A stretch of DNA of 64,000 nt from Calditrichia bacterium (GCA_050633245.1 JBOEGD010000009.1:160001-224000), one strand, 5' to 3'; shown: positions 49,041 through 59,485, numbered from the stretch's first letter. Made by a program: numbers and translations. Notes: a model not told the origin generated them from the sequence alone.

Positions 49041-49940
49041 TTACTTATTCAGAAAATCAATTGGCGGTGTAGAACATCCACCCCCATGCATTTTCTCAAC
49101 CTGCTCTTCAGCATGATAAGAACTACGCACCAGCGGTCCGGACTCAACATGACGAATGCCGAATGCCTCTCCGAGCTCCTTGTATTCTGCAAACTCATCG
49201 GGATGCACAAAGCGCTCAACCGGCAGATGTCGTTTGGTTGGCTGTAGATACTGACCAATGGTGAAGATATCAAGATTGATCTTAACCAGATCTTTCATCA
49301 GTTCCAGCACTTCTTCGCGTGTTTCACCGATGCCGACCATGATACCGGCCTTGGTAACCATGCCCTGCTTTTTGGACTCGTCTAATACCCAAAGTGAGCG
49401 ATCGTATTTGGCCTGCGGTCGTACACGGCGATATAAACGCGGTACCGTTTCAATATTGTGAGCCAAAATTTCCGGAGCCGCATCAATTACGTTCTGCAAT
49501 GGTTGCATTACGCCCTTAAAATCCGGAATAAGTACTTCTACAGAGGTATCCGGATTTAATCTGCGTATCTCGCGAATGGTCTCGGCCCATACTTCCGATC
49601 CCTGATCAGGCAACTCATCGCGGTTCACAGACGTGATAACCACATGATTTAAGCCCATCTTCTGCACAGCAATACCGACACGCTTTGGTTCATCGCGATC
49701 GTATACCGGCGGACGACCGGTTTTTATGGCACAAAAACCGCAGGAACGCGTACAGGTATCACCCAGAATCATTAATGTGGCAGTCCCTTTGCCCCAGCAC
49801 TCACTCATATTCGGGCAGCGAGCTTCCTGGCAAACGGTGTGCAGATTATTACTTTTTACGATGTCCATCAGGTCGCGATAATTGTCGTTGACCTGTAGGC
49901 GAATCTTCAGCCAATCCGGACGTGTTCGTTTTTTGCTCAT
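49041..49940 (-). CDS. lipA: Lipoyl synthase
   Basis: TVCQEARCPNMSECW, CTRSCGFC, GPLVRSSY. Confidence 0.97.
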   Translation of the reverse strand: MSKKRTRPDWLKIRLQVNDNYRDLMDIVKSNNLHTVCQEARCPNMSECWGKGTATLMILGDTCTRSCGFCAIKTGRPPVYDRDEPKRVGIAVQKMGLNHVVITSVNRDELPDQGSEVWAETIREIRRLNPDTSVEVLIPDFKGVMQPLQNVIDAAPEILAHNIETVPRLYRRVRPQAKYDRSLWVLDESKKQGMVTKAGIMVGIGETREEVLELMKDLVKINLDIFTIGQYLQPTKRHLPVERFVHPDEFAEYKELGEAFGIRHVESGPLVRSSYHAEEQVEKMHGGGCSTPPIDFLNK

Positions 49941-49971
49941 CTATCTATATCCTTGCGGTGAAAGTCATTTT

Positions 49972-51666
49972 TTACAGCCAGCTTTCATCAAATGTATGTA
50001 GGTAGTGCACGACTCGCTGTATGAACTTGTCGCCCAATTCGCCGTCCACAATGCGGTGATCATAAGACAGAGTTAAAAATCCAATGGAGCGAATTCCAAT
50101 GTGATCGCCCATCTCGGTCTCGATAACTACCGGGCGCTTCTTAATTGCCGCAACTCCCAGAATAGCAACATTCGGCTGATTGATAATCGGAAAGCCAATT
50201 ACGTTGCCAAACACACCATAATTAGTGACCGTAAATGTCGCTCCCTGAATTTCTTCAAGAACCAGTTTTTTGTCACGGGCTTTAATAGCGAGATCATACG
50301 CGTTTTTCGCGATTCCGGTAAAGTTTAGTTCACCGGCATTCTTAATCGTCGGAACCAATAGCCCGCGCTCGGTTGCAACAGCCATTCCGAGATTAACGTC
50401 ATGACGACGAATAACGGTATGTCCTTCAACTGAGCTGTTGATGTCGGGAAAGTCGCGAATCGCTTTCGTTACGCAGAATAAAATAAATGGATTGATCGTC
50501 AACTTCATTCCGGCACGTGCACGGAAGGGCTCACGATGCTTTTTAACCAGATTCACAATATTGGTAAAATCTACTTCGGCAACGCCATAAACGTGCGGCG
50601 ACGTATTTTTACTCATCACCATGTGGTCAGCAATCTTCTTGCGAATGTTATCCATCGGATAGACATCAACATTCTGACTGGCATAGCGAGCAGCAATTTC
50701 TTCCGGTGCAGCAGCAGATATTGTTGGCTTCGGTGCGGAAGCAGCAGGTGCACTCATTGGTGCAGCAGGTGCCGGAGCCACTGCAGGTGCGCCACTTTCA
50801 ATAAACTTCAGGATGTCTTTTTTGGTAACGCGTCCATCAACACCGGTTCCCGGAAGGGTTTCCAATGTCGCCATTGAAACACCTTCGGTCCTGGCAATAC
50901 TTAGAACAAGCGGTGAATAAAAGCGTCCACCTTTTTGTCTTTGTAGCGCGCCTCCATTAGATGCAGCAATCGGAGCAGGAACACCGGGAGGCTGCATAGC
51001 CGGTGCTGCTGTCGGTGCGGCAACCGGAGCAGGTGCGGAGGCTGCTGGTGCCGAAGTAGCAGCGGCAGGCGCATCTCCACTGGCAATGCGAGCGATAACG
51101 TTACCCACACCAACCGTATCATTTTCACTGGCCAATAGCTCGGTAATTGTACCAGCGTATGGACTTGGAATTTCAGAATCTACTTTGTCAGTAGAGATTT
51201 CCAACAGCGTCTCATCTTTCTCTACAGAATCACCAACACTTTTAAGCCACTTCACGATTGTGCCTTCAGTGATGCTTTCACCGAGCTTGGGCATTTCTAC
51301 ATCGTATGCTGCGTTTGTTGTTGCAGCCGCAGGAGCAGGCGCACTTGCAGCTACCGGAGCAGGCGCAGATGCAGCTGGTGCCGGAGTAGCAGCTGCTGCC
51401 GGTTTTTCAGCGGCGGCACTGTCATCACCAGCTGAGTCTATGACTGCAATAATACTATCGACTGAAACGGTGTCGTTCTCGCCGAACTTATGTTCTACAA
51501 TAACACCGTCATAGGGACTTGGAATTTCGGAGTCAACTTTATCCGTTGAAATTTCCAGTAGCGTCTCATCTTTCTTGACGTGGTCGCCCGGCTGTTTCCA
51601 CCATTTCACAATGGTACCTTCCGTAATGCTTTCACCGAGTTTGGGCATCAATACGTCAATTTTCAT
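49972..51666 (-). CDS. 2-oxoacid dehydrogenase E2 (dihydrolipoamide acyltransferase, SucB/DlaT-like) with two lipoyl domains
   Basis: Two STDKVDSEIPSP lipoyl motifs, E3-binding GTGVDGRVTKKD, catalytic SYDHRIVDG. Confidence 0.93.
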   Translation of the reverse strand: MKIDVLMPKLGESITEGTIVKWWKQPGDHVKKDETLLEISTDKVDSEIPSPYDGVIVEHKFGENDTVSVDSIIAVIDSAGDDSAAAEKPAAAATPAPAASAPAPVAASAPAPAAATTNAAYDVEMPKLGESITEGTIVKWLKSVGDSVEKDETLLEISTDKVDSEIPSPYAGTITELLASENDTVGVGNVIARIASGDAPAAATSAPAASAPAPVAAPTAAPAMQPPGVPAPIAASNGGALQRQKGGRFYSPLVLSIARTEGVSMATLETLPGTGVDGRVTKKDILKFIESGAPAVAPAPAAPMSAPAASAPKPTISAAAPEEIAARYASQNVDVYPMDNIRKKIADHMVMSKNTSPHVYGVAEVDFTNIVNLVKKHREPFRARAGMKLTINPFILFCVTKAIRDFPDINSSVEGHTVIRRHDVNLGMAVATERGLLVPTIKNAGELNFTGIAKNAYDLAIKARDKKLVLEEIQGATFTVTNYGVFGNVIGFPIINQPNVAILGVAAIKKRPVVIETEMGDHIGIRSIGFLTLSYDHRIVDGELGDKFIQRVVHYLHTFDESWL

Positions 51667-51714
51667 ACGTCTGTCTCCTAATCAATCGCTAATATTTGCG
51701 GTCTCAATAATTTT

Positions 51715-52521
51715 CTATCCGTTATGAGGTGCTGCTAACCGGCTTTCATTCGAAACGGCAGAAACTGCCACCGCTCCATCAATCAAAATTTGCCCGTTTT
51801 CCTCACGCCAATCGGCGTAAATTGTATCGCTGAAGGTAAAGATTTTTTGAAAGGATTGCAAAACAATCTTCCCGACTTCTGCCATATCCTGCTTTTCCTT
51901 TAGCAGCTGTTCCAGAGATGTTACGCCTTTATGGAAAATACCACAGGGTATAATTCCATCAAAATGGGCAAGCTGCGGGTTTACGTTAAGAGCAAACCCA
52001 TGCATTGTTACCCATCTCGCGATGCGTACGCCCAACGCCATCAGCTTCTCATCCTTGACCCATACTCCGGTAAATTCTGCTTCTCTGCGTCCTTCAATAT
52101 CGTAATAGTCCAGCACGTCCAGAATTACAGCTTCGAGCGTTCGCATATACCAGGAAATGCTTTTTTTATGTTGCTTCAGGTCAAAAATCGGATACCCCAC
52201 CAGTTGTCCGGGACCGTGATACGTTACGTCTCCACCACGATCTACCAGCACAACGTCAATATGTTCATCCGAAAGCTGCTGTTGACTGGCAATCACGTGA
52301 TTCTCTGAACCGTTCTTGCCAATGGTATAAACCGGTTGATGTTCAACAAATAGTAAGGTATCTGGAATTTTCTGTTCAATACGTTGACGCTGCAGCCTCT
52401 TTTGCAGATCCCAAACGTTCTGATAGGAAGGTTGATTTCCCAAATGAACAAATCGCAGCGTTTTATTTGTCGTTTCGATTATATCCTGCCAATCGTAACC
52501 TGCTATAACATATTTTAGCAT
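51715..52521 (-). CDS. lipB: Octanoyltransferase; start uncertain
   Basis: EHQPVYTIG, DRGGDVTYHGPGQLVGYPI, MHGFALN, IIPCG. Confidence 0.95.
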   Translation of the reverse strand: MLKYVIAGYDWQDIIETTNKTLRFVHLGNQPSYQNVWDLQKRLQRQRIEQKIPDTLLFVEHQPVYTIGKNGSENHVIASQQQLSDEHIDVVLVDRGGDVTYHGPGQLVGYPIFDLKQHKKSISWYMRTLEAVILDVLDYYDIEGRREAEFTGVWVKDEKLMALGVRIARWVTMHGFALNVNPQLAHFDGIIPCGIFHKGVTSLEQLLKEKQDMAEVGKIVLQSFQKIFTFSDTIYADWREENGQILIDGAVAVSAVSNESRLAAPHNG

Positions 52522-52555
52522 CGCACACTATGTGCGATGCTAATTTTGAATTTTT

Positions 52556-53947
52556 CTATAAATGAATCGGCTCGCCGATAGCTACGTGAGTTGCTTCCAT
52601 AATCATCTCACTTAGCGTTGGATGCGGATGCACGGTATTGAGCACTTCCATAAACGTTGCCTCAACAGACTTTGCAAGCGTTACTTCGGTAATCAGTTCC
52701 GTTGCCTCTGGCCCAATAATATGAGCTCCCAGCAGTTCACCATATTTCTTATCATAAATTATCTTTACAAACCCGGTGGTCTCGCCCATGCCCTGCGCCT
52801 TACCATTTACGCGAACAGGGAACTTACCGACCTGAATATCGTAGCCTTGTTCTTTGGCTTTTTTCTCGGTAAGTCCAACAGAAGCAACTTGCGGAATACA
52901 ATACGTACACCCCGGGATGGTTCCATAGTCTACCGGCACCACTTTGTGTCCACACAGATGGTCGACTGCATTAAGCGCTTCACGCGAGGCAACATGTGCC
53001 AACCACGGCGGGCCAACGATATCGCCAATGGCATAAACGCCCGGCACGTTGGTCTGATAATTTTCATTAACATTGATATAACCGCGATCCATTTCAATAC
53101 CCAGTTCTTCAATACCGAGGTCTTCGATATTTCCCTGAACGCCGATTGCCATGAGCGCCTTTTCAGCAGTGATAACTTCAGACTTACCGTCTTTGCCGGA
53201 AATCGTCAGCTTCACCTGCGTCTTGGTTTTTTCAAGCTTTTCGACTTTGGTTTCGGTATGAAACTTAATCCCCTGCCCTTTAAAGGCCTTCTCAAGTTCT
53301 TTGGAAACCTCTTCATCCTCAATAGGCAAAAGGTGCGGCATCATTTCAATAATCGTAACGTCACTACCGAGGGCATTAAAGAAATATGCAAACTCGACAC
53401 CGATCGCACCGGCACCAACAACAACGATAGACTTCGGCAGCTTTTCCACAACCATTGCTTCGCGATAGCTAAGTACCTGCTTACCATCTACTTCCATTCC
53501 GGGAATTTGACGGGCACGTGCACCGGTTGCAACGATCACATTGGTTGCGGTAACTTTTTGAGTTTTACCATCTGCAGCCTTTACCTCAACGGTATTGCGA
53601 TCGAGCAGTTTGCCGTGTCCGGATAAAACTTCAATCTTATTTTTCTTCATCAAAAAGGTAACGCCTTTGGACATGCGTCCGGCGACATCGCGACTTCGTT
53701 TAATCACTTTTTCAAAGTCTACCTTAGGAGCAGCGACCTTTACACCATAAGCATCGGCATGGCTTATCAATTCGAAGACTTCCGCACTTCTAAGTAGCGC
53801 TTTAGTAGGGATACATCCCCAGTTCAAACAAATACCGCCGAGTTCGGCACGTTCAATAATTGCGGTTTTTTTGCCATGCTGGGCAGCGCGAATAGCTGCA
53901 ACATATCCACCAGGACCGGATCCAATAACTACTACGTCAAACTGCAT
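52556..53947 (-). CDS. lpdA: Dihydrolipoyl dehydrogenase
   Basis: GSGPGGY, GGICLNWGCIPTK, GAGAIGVE, HPHPTLSE. Confidence 0.97.
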   Translation of the reverse strand: MQFDVVVIGSGPGGYVAAIRAAQHGKKTAIIERAELGGICLNWGCIPTKALLRSAEVFELISHADAYGVKVAAPKVDFEKVIKRSRDVAGRMSKGVTFLMKKNKIEVLSGHGKLLDRNTVEVKAADGKTQKVTATNVIVATGARARQIPGMEVDGKQVLSYREAMVVEKLPKSIVVVGAGAIGVEFAYFFNALGSDVTIIEMMPHLLPIEDEEVSKELEKAFKGQGIKFHTETKVEKLEKTKTQVKLTISGKDGKSEVITAEKALMAIGVQGNIEDLGIEELGIEMDRGYINVNENYQTNVPGVYAIGDIVGPPWLAHVASREALNAVDHLCGHKVVPVDYGTIPGCTYCIPQVASVGLTEKKAKEQGYDIQVGKFPVRVNGKAQGMGETTGFVKIIYDKKYGELLGAHIIGPEATELITEVTLAKSVEATFMEVLNTVHPHPTLSEMIMEATHVAIGEPIHL

Positions 53948-54077
53948 ATTGAGGTCTCCACGTATGGGTTTATTTATAAATAGTCATATATATAGTCGGC
54001 AAAATTATCCAAAAAATAATTTACGGAATCACAGATTAGATGCAAGTGAATAAAAGAATGTTGCAGAGAGAAAAACG

Positions 54078-54977
54078 TTATATACCGGAGCCGAGCAGGC
54101 TATCAATAGAGAGCGCCAACATAACCAAAAGCATGTAGATATTGATACCCATGAATGCACCGCGAAACGAGAAGTCGTTTAGCGCACCGGTCAACAAATT
54201 TCGGCTGTTCCAAAGTAGCCATGCTGCAGACGCCAACAGCGCCAAATATAGCAAGATGGAAGAACTGACAGCCAATATCGGGATCATCATACAGGAGATA
54301 ACCGTGAGTATTGTCCAGTAGTAGGTGCTTCGAGCCAGTTCACGATTTGTCATGAAGCTGGTTAGTGCGGGAAAGCCTGCACGCTCGTAGTCTTTGCCGT
54401 AGGTGAACAGTAGCAACCAAAAATGTGGGATCTGCCAAATAAAGAAAAACATGGCGAGTGCCAGAAGTTCAGGCTCGAGCAATGAGCCACCTGCAGCAGC
54501 CCAACCGATGGCCGGAGGAATTGCACCAATAAGTGAGCCGGGAATAACCGCGCGCGGAGAATAGCGTTTCAATGGCGTATAGATGCCATTATACCACATC
54601 ACGTTAAACAAGCCGAGCGTTAGCGTTATGATTCCATGGGGTCCGACAGCCAGAACCAAAGACCCTGCAGCAAGCAAACCCAGTGCAGAGGTTAATGCTT
54701 CAGCAGCACTCATTCTTCCTGAAGGAATGGGACGCAAACGCGTACGCTGCATTTGAGCATCGAGGTGTCGTTCCTGATATTGATTGAGTGCGGCAGAGCC
54801 GCAGGAGAGTAGGAATGTGCCGAGGACGGGCAAAATCATGTCCAAAGCAAAACTACCGGCTGCCATGATGTAGCCCACAACAGTGGACATGGCAACCAGT
54901 TGAGAAATGCGTATTTTGCTGAGTTCTACAACCAGCTTGGCGCGTGATGTCATATTCGCAGCAATGGAACCATACAT
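54078..54977 (-). CDS. ctaB: Protoheme IX farnesyltransferase (heme o synthase)
   Basis: NQYQE..LD..M.RT..RPIPSG, YTPLKR, WQIPHF, DY..AG.P. Confidence 0.93.
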   Translation of the reverse strand: MYGSIAANMTSRAKLVVELSKIRISQLVAMSTVVGYIMAAGSFALDMILPVLGTFLLSCGSAALNQYQERHLDAQMQRTRLRPIPSGRMSAAEALTSALGLLAAGSLVLAVGPHGIITLTLGLFNVMWYNGIYTPLKRYSPRAVIPGSLIGAIPPAIGWAAAGGSLLEPELLALAMFFFIWQIPHFWLLLFTYGKDYERAGFPALTSFMTNRELARSTYYWTILTVISCMMIPILAVSSSILLYLALLASAAWLLWNSRNLLTGALNDFSFRGAFMGINIYMLLVMLALSIDSLLGSGI

Positions 54978-55006
54978 AGTCTGATGCCTCTTAGGACGTG
55001 TTTGTC

Positions 55007-55660
55007 CTACATGGACTCGTTGGTTTCAGGTATTTCGATGGCAGCGGTAGATTCATCGGCTTTTGCATTTGCATTATACCACGCATCGAATTCAGCACGC
55101 TCCATAGCTACCACAGCCGTATACATATAGGCATGATCCAGACCGCAATATTCGGTGCAAAACACCTGATACTGACCTGCAGCCGGTGCCGTGAACCACA
55201 TGCGGTTCTTGCCGTCCGGCACACAATCTTTTTTCACACGGAATTCAGGAATATAGAAGCTATGCAGCACGTCGACAGATTCCATTTTACAATCGATGGG
55301 CTGATCTACCGGCACATACATTGTATCACTGGTAGCGCCGTTGGGATAGGTAAAATTCCACCCCCACATTCTTGCGGTAACTTCAACTTCCATTGCGTCA
55401 TCCGGAATGCTCTCCATGTGATTGTAACCACTATAGCCAGCCCAAAACATCGTCATGACCAGCAGCGTCGGTCCGACTGTCCAGATCACCTCAAGCATCA
55501 CATTTCCGTGAATGTCGGTTCCCTTTTCATTGCGAGTATGATGATAACGAAATACGAAGTAGAGCATTGTTGCCGTAACACCAATCATCAATGCAATTGA
55601 AACATACATCACATATAGGAATGCCGAATCTACTTCAGCAACAAAATTTCCCGAGATCAT
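55007..55660 (-). CDS. ctaC: Cytochrome c oxidase subunit II (CuA, no fused cytochrome c)
   Basis: LEVIWT, DVLHSF.IP, CTEYCGLDHAYM. Confidence 0.95.
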   Translation of the reverse strand: MISGNFVAEVDSAFLYVMYVSIALMIGVTATMLYFVFRYHHTRNEKGTDIHGNVMLEVIWTVGPTLLVMTMFWAGYSGYNHMESIPDDAMEVEVTARMWGWNFTYPNGATSDTMYVPVDQPIDCKMESVDVLHSFYIPEFRVKKDCVPDGKNRMWFTAPAAGQYQVFCTEYCGLDHAYMYTAVVAMERAEFDAWYNANAKADESTAAIEIPETNESM

Positions 55661-55719
55661 ATCAACCTCTTCTTATTAAGAAGGCCCAGAGGCCAGATTT
55701 TCAACGTTTATGAACTTCG

Positions 55720-56022
55720 CTATGGGCGGAATCCAATATCAATAAATGTCAGCGTTATAAAAATCGCAAACGTAATAAAGCAAACTAAAATCATGCCCTT
55801 AAACAAAATCGATTCGTATTTCAAGTGCATGAAGTACCATAAAACAAGTGCAGACTTAATTGTGGCAATTCCCATTGCTACCGGCACTGTCCAGACGCCA
55901 AGGTGAACGACAGCAGCCATAATTGTAATGCCGGTCAGTCCAACCAGCGTCAACCACACCAGCCAATACAGGCCATAGCCTGGCCCGTGGTGCTCGTGTG
56001 CATGTGTATCGTTGTGACTCAT
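55720..56022 (-). CDS. ctaF: Cytochrome c oxidase subunit IV
   Basis: IATIKSALVLWYFMHLKY; three TM helices. Confidence 0.88.
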   Translation of the reverse strand: MSHNDTHAHEHHGPGYGLYWLVWLTLVGLTGITIMAAVVHLGVWTVPVAMGIATIKSALVLWYFMHLKYESILFKGMILVCFITFAIFITLTFIDIGFRP

Positions 56023-56093
56023 TTCATTCTCCGTTTTCAGTAAAGCTGCCACTTTTGCAGCAGCATTCTCATCATTTCTTTATCTGTATTCTC

Positions 56094-56900
56094 TTATGTG
56101 ATGAGATAGAACAGCGGAAACAGGAAGATCCAGATAACATCTACAATGTGCCAGTAGAGGCCTGAATTTTCCAGCTTAATTTCGTTTCGCGGATCCATAG
56201 TCTCGGGCGTTGGCTCATAATAGACATTTACCTCGACGCGCTCTACTTTGCCTTCAAGATCAGACACTTTGCCAATCTCATTACCGTTTTCGGAAACGAC
56301 CGAAAGGTGAGATTTGCCGCGTAGCCCTTCAAGGATATTGTAGTCGATAACCTCGGTGTTCTTTGGCTTTCGTGCAATAAAATAAAGCACTGTGCCCAGA
56401 ACAGCCATCCCGATAATAACGTGAACACCGTGCAAACCGGTCATCGCATAATAGAGATTATAGAAAACAACCTCGCCTAAGCTAAAGGTATCCATCAATT
56501 CAGAGCCCGGATAAATTCCGAGGTGAATTTTATGTCCCCATTCGAAGTATTTTACAACGAGAAAGATAAACGCGCAGGCGATAGTAACGGCAAGAAGCCA
56601 GATGCTGAGCTTGCGGTTGCCTTTCTGCAACGCGGTGATAGACATAGCCACGGTAAGACTACTCGTCAATAGAACCAGCGTATTGAAGCCGCCAAGCACC
56701 GGATTGAGTCCGGCGGCAGCGGTATGAAAATCGTCAGGATACATCGAACGGTAAACCGCATAGAGCAGAAACAGTCCGCCGAACAATAAGATTTCAGTAA
56801 ACAGGAACAACCACATGGCGATCTTGGCACCCTCAAAGTCACTCGGGTGCTTATGGACAACTACGCCATGACCGTGGTCTGTATGTGCATGACTAGCCAT
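56094..56900 (-). CDS. ctaE: Cytochrome c oxidase subunit III with an internal insertion
   Basis: MWLFLFTEILLFGGLF, NTLVLLTSS, TGLHGVHV, GLYWHIVDVIWIFLFP. Confidence 0.93.
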   Translation of the reverse strand: MASHAHTDHGHGVVVHKHPSDFEGAKIAMWLFLFTEILLFGGLFLLYAVYRSMYPDDFHTAAAGLNPVLGGFNTLVLLTSSLTVAMSITALQKGNRKLSIWLLAVTIACAFIFLVVKYFEWGHKIHLGIYPGSELMDTFSLGEVVFYNLYYAMTGLHGVHVIIGMAVLGTVLYFIARKPKNTEVIDYNILEGLRGKSHLSVVSENGNEIGKVSDLEGKVERVEVNVYYEPTPETMDPRNEIKLENSGLYWHIVDVIWIFLFPLFYLIT

Positions 56901-58532
56901 TTACACTTCCTCCGGATTGTGATCGTATGGTCCACCGGTAACTGTCGGAATAACTTCAAAGTTTTCCAGTGGCGGCGGAGAAGGAACACTCCACTCAAGT
57001 GTCGTAGAACCCCAGGGATTGTCTCCGGATGGTTCACCATTTCTCATACCATTTATCAGGTTTATTAACATGGCAACGATGCCGGCAATTAAAATCCATG
57101 ATCCCACCGTTGCGAATGTATGTCCACTGGCAAATTCATTGGTAAAGTCGTAATAACGACGCGGCATGCCTTGATAACCCAGGAAGAACATGGTGAAATA
57201 CAGCATGTTGAAGCCGATCATCATCGTAGCCCAAGACACATTAGCAATCATTTTGTTATACATTTTGCCAAACATCTTCGGGAACCAGTAGTGAATACCG
57301 GCAAACATTCCCATCATTGTTCCACCGAACATCACATAGTGGAAGTGCCCCACAACGAAATACGTATCGTGCAGGTGGATGTCCACGTTCAGCACACCGA
57401 GCACCAATCCGGTAAATCCACCAATTGAAAACAGGAAGATAAATCCGAGTGCATACAAAAATGGTGGTTCAATGCGGATAGAACCTTTATAGAGCGTGGC
57501 AATCCAGTTAAACACTTTGATAGCGGTTGGAATACCGACAATAAAGGTGATTAACGAGAAAACAATATTAGCCGTGTAACTCTGACCACTGGTAAACATA
57601 TGGTGTCCCCACACCAGCGAGCCCGCGAGTGCAATACCAACGCTGGAATAAACGATTAGCTTATAGCCAAAGATCGTGCGTCGTGCGAATGCGGGAAGAA
57701 CATCAGAGATAATACCCATCGCCGGGAGAATCATAATATAAACAGCGGGGTGCGAATAAATCCAAAATAAGTGCTGGTAGAGAATGGGGTCGCCTCCCAT
57801 CGTGGGATCGAACACTCCGATTCCAACAATACGCTCAACAAAAACCAGCAACATGGTAATACCAAGAATCGGCGTGGCCAGAACCTGAATCCAACCCGTT
57901 GCATAAAGCCCCCAGCAAAACAGCGGCATTTGAAAGAATCCCATGCCCGGTGCCCGCATTTGGTGCATTGTAGTAACAAAGTTCATTCCGGTTAAAATAG
58001 AAGAAAACCCGAGAACAAATACCCCAAAGACAGCAAGTGGCACGTTTGTAGTCGTCCTCACACTGTAAGGCGCATAAAACGTCCATCCACCGTCAGGCAG
58101 TCCGCCGGCGGTAAAAAGTGACATAAATACGATAACCGCGCCGATCATGTATAACCACCATGAAAGCAGGTTCAGGCGTGGAAAAGCTACATCCAGCGCA
58201 CCGAGTTGCAATGGCATGATAAAGTTACCAAGCGTGGCGGGAATACCGGGAACCACAACGAGAAAAACCATAATCACACCATGCAGGGTGAATAAGGCGT
58301 TGTAGGTTTCAGCGGAAACAATGGTTGGGCCCTGCGAAAGCTGCTCGATTCGCATAAAAAAGGCTAACGTTACTCCAATCATGAAGAACGTGAGAAGTGA
58401 TGCCAGATAAAGCAAACCAATACGCTTGTGATCCGTCGACAAAATCCAACCTAAAAGGCCGGTATGTTTGCCGCGGTATTCAAGATAATTCGGCTCTTGC
58501 TTTTTCGCATCGGTAATAGCATGACTTGCCAT
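56901..58532 (-). CDS. ctaD: Cytochrome c oxidase subunit I, type A2
   Basis: TDHKRIG, FTLHG, FWIYSHPAVY (YS motif), WGHHMF, LHDTYFVVGHFHY, GMPRRY. Confidence 0.96.
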   Translation of the reverse strand: MASHAITDAKKQEPNYLEYRGKHTGLLGWILSTDHKRIGLLYLASLLTFFMIGVTLAFFMRIEQLSQGPTIVSAETYNALFTLHGVIMVFLVVVPGIPATLGNFIMPLQLGALDVAFPRLNLLSWWLYMIGAVIVFMSLFTAGGLPDGGWTFYAPYSVRTTTNVPLAVFGVFVLGFSSILTGMNFVTTMHQMRAPGMGFFQMPLFCWGLYATGWIQVLATPILGITMLLVFVERIVGIGVFDPTMGGDPILYQHLFWIYSHPAVYIMILPAMGIISDVLPAFARRTIFGYKLIVYSSVGIALAGSLVWGHHMFTSGQSYTANIVFSLITFIVGIPTAIKVFNWIATLYKGSIRIEPPFLYALGFIFLFSIGGFTGLVLGVLNVDIHLHDTYFVVGHFHYVMFGGTMMGMFAGIHYWFPKMFGKMYNKMIANVSWATMMIGFNMLYFTMFFLGYQGMPRRYYDFTNEFASGHTFATVGSWILIAGIVAMLINLINGMRNGEPSGDNPWGSTTLEWSVPSPPPLENFEVIPTVTGGPYDHNPEEV

Positions 58533-58546
58533 ATGCACTACCCCAT

Positions 58547-59350
58547 TTATGGTTTAATTTTTACAGACGTTTTTCTTAAATACAAGACAAATGCCAGTAA
58601 TGTTAAGAGAATGCCGATGCCGGATATTCTAGTGACGTTAAATACATAGGATCGACCTTCCGGATCATAACTGAAACAAAACTTAATCACTTTTGCAATA
58701 CTTGGTCCGGTGCGATTCTCAGCAGCTTCAATTAGCGCGAGCTTTAAATCGAAGGGGTTGTAACTAATCCCATATAAATAGCGTGCAATTTTTCCTTCAT
58801 CAGAAAGCGTCATTACCGCCGCACCATGAGCAAAATCATCACCGGTGCGCTTAAAACCAAATCCTACCGAATTGGTTATCGCTGCAATTGCAGCACTATC
58901 CCCTGTTAACCAATGCCATTGACTCGCCGGAAATTCTTTTTGAAGTTGAGCGAGGTGATTGCTCTTTTTCTGCTTGGCAAGCGTTGACTTATCATCTTCG
59001 TTAATACTTATGGTGATAATCTTATAGTCTTTACCCGGCTCCCGGTCTACCTGATCAATCACCTTCAAAAGCCCGTTCAGCAGCGGAGTACAAATTCCGG
59101 GGCAGCTGTAGTAGACAAATGCTAAAAGAACCGGTTTGTCTATCAGTTCTCCAATCAAAACAGAATCACCGTTCTCATCGAAAAAAACTACAGACTTGTC
59201 GATCTTTTCACCGAGACGCTCATCAATACCAGGCACGTTCTCCTCTGCTAAAACAGCGCTGCCGCAAAGGACAAAAGCGGACAAAAGAACGCTGCACAAA
59301 GAGCGCCTGAGAAACAAAAAATTGATCGTTTTGATAGCAATACCCGTCAT
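58547..59350 (-). CDS. SCO1/SenC family copper chaperone; start uncertain
   Basis: YYSCPGIC (CxxxC), W.WLTG, FAH, RYLYGI, CFSYDP. Confidence 0.9.
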   Translation of the reverse strand: MTGIAIKTINFLFLRRSLCSVLLSAFVLCGSAVLAEENVPGIDERLGEKIDKSVVFFDENGDSVLIGELIDKPVLLAFVYYSCPGICTPLLNGLLKVIDQVDREPGKDYKIITISINEDDKSTLAKQKKSNHLAQLQKEFPASQWHWLTGDSAAIAAITNSVGFGFKRTGDDFAHGAAVMTLSDEGKIARYLYGISYNPFDLKLALIEAAENRTGPSIAKVIKFCFSYDPEGRSYVFNVTRISGIGILLTLLAFVLYLRKTSVKIKP

Positions 59351-59467
59351 GTGTTGATCGCAGGTGAAATTATAAAAGTGGTGCCAAAATAACAAATGGT
59401 AAATAAAAATCAGCTACCCACCAGATTAATGGCGCTTTAAGCACAAATTATAACAGAACAAGCTCTA

Positions 59468-59485
59468 TTGTGAACATATTCACAT
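59468..59485. promoter_or_regulatory. Rex/CRP-like palindromic operator upstream of the oxidase operon
   Basis: TTGTGAA-CATA-TTCACAT: 13/14 match to TTGTGAA-N4-TTCACAA and a perfect TGTGA-N6-TCACA. Confidence 0.6.

Noticed and set aside
51090-51666. Internal duplication in the E2 gene
   Set aside because: Ordinary tandem lipoyl domains.
52622-53626. 334-aa plus-strand ORF
   Set aside because: Antisense shadow of lpdA.
56886-58532. Oxidase subunits I and III both start MASHA
   Set aside because: Five residues with different codons; His-rich N-termini are common in these subunits.
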